A stretch of DNA of 63,340 nucleotides, filler included, from Olpidium bornovanus S191 (taxonomy: Eukaryota; Fungi; Olpidiomycota), in assembly GCA_017911155.1 (NCBI GenBank). It is 30 parts of 30 records of this genome, joined end to end, with 100 filler letters (N's around TTAATTAATTAA, not from the genome) between each part and the next. Parts side by side here need not be neighbours in the genome. Positions count along the whole stretch, not along the records: positions 58,047 to 59,285 come from JAEFCI010003240.1; positions 59,386 to 61,285 come from JAEFCI010012432.1; positions 61,386 to 63,340 come from JAEFCI010007524.1; 27 more parts are not named here. One strand, given 5' to 3'. The position numbers and the translations under genes were made by a program. Below are positions 58,047-63,340 of the stretch, in pieces (positions within the stretch are counted from its first letter, which is position 1; each line of letters begins with the position of its first letter). The notes below the pieces were generated by a model. The model saw nothing but the letters and a program-made list of their open reading frames with translations. It made no database searches and was not told the origin of the DNA.

Positions 58047-59189
58047 CATGGTTCGGACAACGCCATTATTTTCTCATCACGATCGCTTGTGCCGCGCCGC
58101 AGCTTTGGTGAAAACCGTGTGCCGGTCGTCAACTGTACCTCTGCCGATGTCATCCACGCCGGTCAAGATGGGTCGCGACTTGTCCTCTGCCGATGCCAAA
58201 TCGACCTGTGCGTTAGATCCGACGGATGCGGATGTCGATGTGGTACCGCTCGAGTTTACCCCGCCCTTCCGTCGGTTGAACGTCTTAGAAGAGTTGGAGG
58301 CCAGGGCCGGGAAAGAATTTTCGGCGGATCTTGGTAGCGAAGGTGCGTCCTGGCAAAGTGACGTGTTGGGCCGGACGATTTTTGATTGCGTTGGCCATTG
58401 ATCTCTTTTCTGCCGCTGCAACATGTGTTCACCTATGTGCAGAATCCGCGAAGTGGCTTGTACAGGTCTGTGAGGATCACGGCGTGACTGTCGTGCCGCC
58501 CGTAACGGTCCCCAGGCTGCTGGATCGCATGATCTCCCACTGGATAGAGCCCAACTGCATCCAGCCGACATTCTTGTATGGTCACCCGACGGTCATGAGC
58601 CCGCTGGCGAAGTCGGACGTGGACGCGAAGGTGCGAACGGAAACCCTGCTGGAGGGTTTGGCGCAAGGCGTTTGCATGAAGCTTTTAGTGAACAAATTCT
58701 CATGCCGCATTTGCTCTGGCAGGGTCGGTCGGTGTCCTGCCGCTTCGAGCTCTTCGTCGGCGGTAAGGAGATCGTTAACGCATACGAGGAACTAAACGAC
58801 CCTGACGAGCAGCGGCGGCGGTTCACAGAGCAACTGAAGGGCGGCGAAAATGATGGACACCGATCGGTGAATCGGAGCTGCATTGCGACGTGACGCCCTT
58901 TGGAGGACGTTCCTCAGGGTGGGGGGATGGAAAATTTTTGCTGACAGCAGGCGTGTTTGTTTTTCCCCTGCCGCAAAAAATTTGGTTTATGGCTTGCTTC
59001 TAGGACCGCGGGAAAGGTGACGAGGATTCCCAACTCCCTGACGAGGAGTTTTGCAAAGCGCTGGAGTTTGGTCTCCCTCCGACTGGCGGTTGGGGCATGG
59101 GCATTGACAGGGTGGTGCAGCTGCTGACGGGGATGACGTCCATCAAAGAGGTCGTCGCGTTCCCCATGGTTAGACCGTCGCAAAAATAG
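58047..59189 (+). CDS. Class II lysyl-tRNA synthetase, C-terminal half (organellar vs cytosolic not resolved)
   Basis: FTPPFRRL; [18 protein letters not shown]; [28 protein letters not shown]; [30 protein letters not shown]...IKEVVAFP (motif 3). Confidence 0.95.
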
Positions 59190-59420
59190 AAAAGCCAATT
59201 GACTGGGACTGCAGCTCCGCCTTGTTGTGGGAGGACTCAGGATCTTTGGAGCGGAACACAGATACAAACGGATCACCTTATCAGCNNNNNNNNNNNNNNN
59301 NNNNNNNNNNNNNNNNNNNNNNNNNNNNNTTAATTAATTAANNNNNNNNNNNNNNNNNNNNNNNNNNNNNNNNNNNNNNNNNNNNCCCCCCCCCCGCCCC
59401 CTCTTGCCCGAGGCAGAGAG

Positions 59421-60809
59421 ATGCGCGCGGACGTCCTCGCCAGCGCGACGAGGTTCCTGCAGGACCCCGCCGTGCAGTCGGCCGCCCTTGCGAAGAAGGT
59501 CGCGTTCCTCGAGTCGAAGGGCCTGACCGCCGATGAGATCGGCGAGGCCCTGTGGCGCTCAAAGCCCGCCGCCGCGCCGGGCCCCGACGACGCGGCGGCG
59601 GGCCCCGCCGCGCAGCAGCCGCCGCCGCCGCCGCAGCCCTACTACCACTACCCGCTGCAGCCCGCTGCGCCGCCCCTGCCGCCCGCGCGGCCGCCCGCCG
59701 CGTGGAAGGACGTCGTCTCCGGCGCCGTGGCGTTCGCGGGCGTCAGCTACGGGGCGTTCGCGCTGGCGCAGGTGAGCTCCCCGCCGTCCCCGTCGTCGAC
59801 TTGATTTTTGGTTTTCGTTTTTCGGGCCCACTTGCGCGCGACGCATCTTCCCGCTTCCGCCCTCCGCCCTCCTTGCACACAGCCGGACGGGGGTCCGCAT
59901 CCGAACTTCTCCGCCGTCCGCATCGGGAGCTGGGCTGACGCGTCGCGTCCGCCAAATCCCACCGCATTCTTTCAACCTTGGGAAAAAAAAAAAAAAAGAA
60001 ATGTCTCGGTCCCTTGCTCCGCTGGCCGTCGGACGAGGACGTGCGGGCGGCCGAACGGCGCCTGGACGAACAGGTCCGCCGGGCCGAGGAGGCGCTGGGG
60101 GACGTGCGGCGCGAGACCGAGAAAATCGTGGCGTCCGTGGCGGAGCAGTCCGAGCGCACCACCTCCGCGCTGGTCGCGCTGGGAGAGACCATGGCCGGCT
60201 TGAAGGAGAGCGACGAGAGGCGAGACGAGGAGTTCGAGGCGTTCAAGCGGGAGCTTGAGGAAATCAAGGCGGAGATCCCGACGGTGCGTTTGTCGGCCGG
60301 GATGGCCGGGGTGGCCGGGATGGCCGGGGCGGGGAAAGGGGGCCGGCGCAGCTCCTGCTGGTACAGCCCACCGCGGACGAGTCGTCTGATCCCCTCGACG
60401 GTTCGTTCCGGTCCCTTCGCCGTTCTTCCCCTCCCCGCAGCTCTTCGACCGCACCAAAGAGTCCCAGACTGCCGTCCTCCACGACCTGCAGGCCGAGGTG
60501 AAGTCCCTCAAGGCGCTCCTCCTGAACCGGCGCGTGGGGTCGGTGCCCGGCGGCGCGCCCGCGGCGAGGTCGCCGTCTCGGACGCCGTCCGCGACCGGCG
60601 CGCGCACGCCGCAGGCTGGGGAGAAGCAGGCGGACGACCGGCAGCCGCAGCAGGGCACAGCGTTCCCGTACGCGTCGGGCCAGGCCGGATTCATACCACC
60701 CTGGCAGCTGGTAGACGGCGGCATGGGGCCGAAGTCGGAAACGAAAACCGCGATGCCTCTGATGTTGGGCGCGGAGAGCGAGGAGAGCGACAGTATCGAA
60801 GCAACGTGA
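59421..60809 (+). CDS. PEX14: Peroxisomal docking protein Pex14 (start possibly upstream)
   Basis: MRADVLASATRFLQDPAVQSAALAKKVAFLESKGLTADEIGEAL N-terminal domain, WKD + TM segment, coiled coil ending LQAEVKSLKALLLNRR, IPPWQL. Confidence 0.95.
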
Positions 60810-61514
60810 TCGCTTTTCCTTAAAAAAATAAAACGAGGACTTTATGCGGTTATGTGTCGAAAAGACCGGGCTTTTCTCGCCCGCCCCCTACACCCTCCTT
60901 CGAATTCCTGGCGCGTGTATCCCGAAAAACGGGGATTGACAAAGTTTGGAATGTGATCGGAACACGGCGGGTGCACCCAGTAGGACGGAGTACTCGCAAC
61001 GGGGAATGAAACGCGCTCCAGCAAGCCGCGCTGGCGGCTTGTCGCGAAACTCCCACGACGAGAGTGAGGCTTCAGTTTATTCGAATCGCATTTGGAAACG
61101 CGCATGCGGGGTATGGGGGGATGACGGCGTCGGGGAAATCTGGGAGGGCACCAATGCTGATGTACAAAATGGAAAAGGAAATGCGGCGTGATCGCCGGAA
61201 ACTGGCGAAGCGAGAAAAATGTCGGGCCACGTAAACCGGAGGCGAAAAAAAAAAAAAAAAAAAAAAACAAAAAACAATACAGAAGNNNNNNNNNNNNNNN
61301 NNNNNNNNNNNNNNNNNNNNNNNNNNNNNTTAATTAATTAANNNNNNNNNNNNNNNNNNNNNNNNNNNNNNNNNNNNNNNNNNNNAAAGCAAAAGGGAAA
61401 AAAAGGAGGGGAGGGAAACTGCGAAGGGGGGAGGGAGGGCGCGAATTTTTTGAGCAGACGGCTGAAAATCGGGGGGGGGGGGGGGGGGGGGAAGGGGGGG
61501 GGGGAGGGGGGGGG

Positions 61515-61564
<50 letters not shown>

Positions 61565-61861
61565 CCGGAGGGATGACGGAAGGGGCGCGGGGTGCGGGCG
61601 GGCGGGACGAAAAATGCGCGTGCCGAGGGAAGGGGAGGAGGAAGCGTGGGGCGGGGAAGCGGGCGTGTGGCGTCGGCAGTGTCACGTGACTTGGAGCCCT
61701 GCGTGTTCGCTCAGAACGCGAAAAAATCAATCAATTTTGAGCGAGAGAACGAGAGAGAGACAGAGAGAGAAAAACAGAAAAATCAGAGTTTTTTCCCCCC
61801 GCCCGCCGACCGCAAAACCAACCCGAACCCGCCCCCGCCCTTCTTCCTCCAAGCCGCCGCC

Positions 61862-63224
61862 ATGAGCCTCACCAAGGTCGTCCTCGTCACCGGAGCGGTG
61901 AGTTGCCCGAGCGAAATGGGCGGGGCCGGGACGAGGGCGGTCCCGTCGCGCCGCGCTCTGCATCCTGGAAATCCCTCTCCGGACCCCAGCCGATGACGTC
62001 GTCCGTCCACCGCCCCAACGCCACACACACTCCCTCTACACACGCGCCCCGGATTTCGCGCGCGCCCAAACGCTGTGTACCTTCGTTGTTGTTGCTTTTT
62101 TTCGTTGTCCAAGAACAAAGGTACGAGTTTTGGCGTAGCACGCGGTGAACGCGGATCCTTCGCCGTCTTCCCCCACCCTGACGGGCAAAGCCTCGTATTT
62201 CGCGGCCTCAGGGCCCCCGGGAAGGCTCACTGTTTTCCGGCTTTTGTTCTTCTTCTTTTTTTGGGTGAACGCTGCAGGGATCGGTTACAGCATCATACGC
62301 GGCCTTGCGAAAACGGCGGGAAATTCTCCCGGCCGTCTGGCTCTGATACTCGCCAGCAGGGACGAGGCGCGCGGCCGGAAGGCTGCGGAAGAGGCGCGGA
62401 AGGAGGCCGACGCCAACGCGAACGTCGACATCGTCGAGGCGCAGCTGGACGTTTGCAGCAAAGAGAGCATCAAAAAGGCCGTCGACGAGATTAAAGCGAA
62501 GTTCGGAGGTGGGAGCAGGCGTTAATTATTTTTCTTTTTCCTAGTTTACAGTCGAAACGCAGATTTCGTGTAATTTCCGGTGTGCCTGATTTGTCCGTTA
62601 CCGGAAAAAAAAGGAATCGACATTCTTGTGAACAACGCAGGCAAGTTCCTGACGGCTTTTCAAACATGTACGGATGTGCCCTTGCAACATTAGTAACATT
62701 GTCTCGAGCGTCTTTTAGCGTGGGCGGCCAAGGGCGACGCGTTCGACTCGCAGGTAGTCAAGGACACTTTTGCCCCGAACTACTATGGCCTAGTTGCCGT
62801 CACGGAGATGGTCCTGCCCGTTCTCCGCCCGAACGGCCGCATCATCCACGTGTCAAGTAGCGCTGGACAACTCAGCATCCTGAAGTCCGAGGAGCTCCGC
62901 GCCCGCTTCTCGTCGCCGAAGCTCGACATGGAAGGGCTGAACGCCCTGGTCAAGGAGTTTGAGGTGGGCAAATATTGGAAAAACCTGGGGCCCGCTTAAA
63001 CCTGGACGTTCGTGCCGCGCCGAGTCAGAAATTCGTCTCTATCTCGCGCGCTGACTTTGTTGGCCCGAACAGGCTTCGGTCGCAGACGGCTCCTATGCGA
63101 GCAAAGGATGGCCCCGCGCTGCCTATAGCGTCAGCAAAGTGGCTGTCACTGCGCACGCGGGAATTTTGACCAGAATGCAAGGAGTGAAGGAAAAGAACGT
63201 GATGGTGTTCGCGGTGAACCCCGG
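61862..63224 (+). CDS. Short-chain dehydrogenase, carbonyl reductase (CBR)-like, 3' partial
   Basis: VVLVTGA|NKG|IGYSI; LDVCSKESI; IDILVNNA; NYYG; GRIIHVSS; YSVSK (YxxxK); VFAVNPG. Confidence 0.9.
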
Positions 63225-63298
63225 GTGCGCCACCGCACGCAGTTTTCATTGCGTCTGACTGTCAATGCGTGTTTTACCTCGCTCACCGTCGGCTTTTT

Positions 63299-63331
<33 letters not shown>

Positions 63332-63340
63332 GTGGTGTGG

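Noticed and set aside
58060-58240. ~50-residue low-complexity insert in LysRS before FTPPF
   Set aside because: This region is known to be length-variable in class II LysRS, and part may be intronic.
60001-60724. Long antisense and alternate-frame ORFs over PEX14 (likewise over the oxidase, CCDC57-like, eIF5B and tubulin genes)
   Set aside because: Expected shadow ORFs from high GC3 codon usage.

Overview
This window is not a contiguous locus. It is 30 short eukaryotic genomic contigs (about 1.0-4.6 kb each) joined by 29 identical artificial 100-nt spacers (N44-TTAATTAATTAA-N44), so adjacency across spacers means nothing. The DNA is GC-rich and intron-rich, with long homopolymer runs. Fungal-type genes (VPS28, YRA1, RMT2, KAR5-like, AA5 copper radical oxidase, PIG-U, PEX14, twinfilin, eIF5B, beta-tubulin, LysRS, RAD51D, MPP6, TMEM42, a carbonyl reductase) occur together with motile-cilium/centriole genes (CFAP57, CFAP221, CCDC57-like). 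This points to a flagellated, early-diverging fungus (inference; species not determinable here). Two contigs are LTR-retrotransposon nests. Best leads: (1) a Gypsy-type gag behind a copia-style half-tRNAiMet primer site, with a second Gypsy element using the 3' end of tRNAiMet inserted into it; (2) a single-exon fusion of membrane anchor + DUF4359-like domain + SNAP-like repeats; (3) two candidate mutually exclusive 16-nt microexons in an SR-protein RRM; (4) an enlarged YRA1 intron at the same codon as the yeast autoregulatory intron; (5) strong enrichment of genomic CATG at contig ends. All family assignments come from remembered motifs, not database searches.
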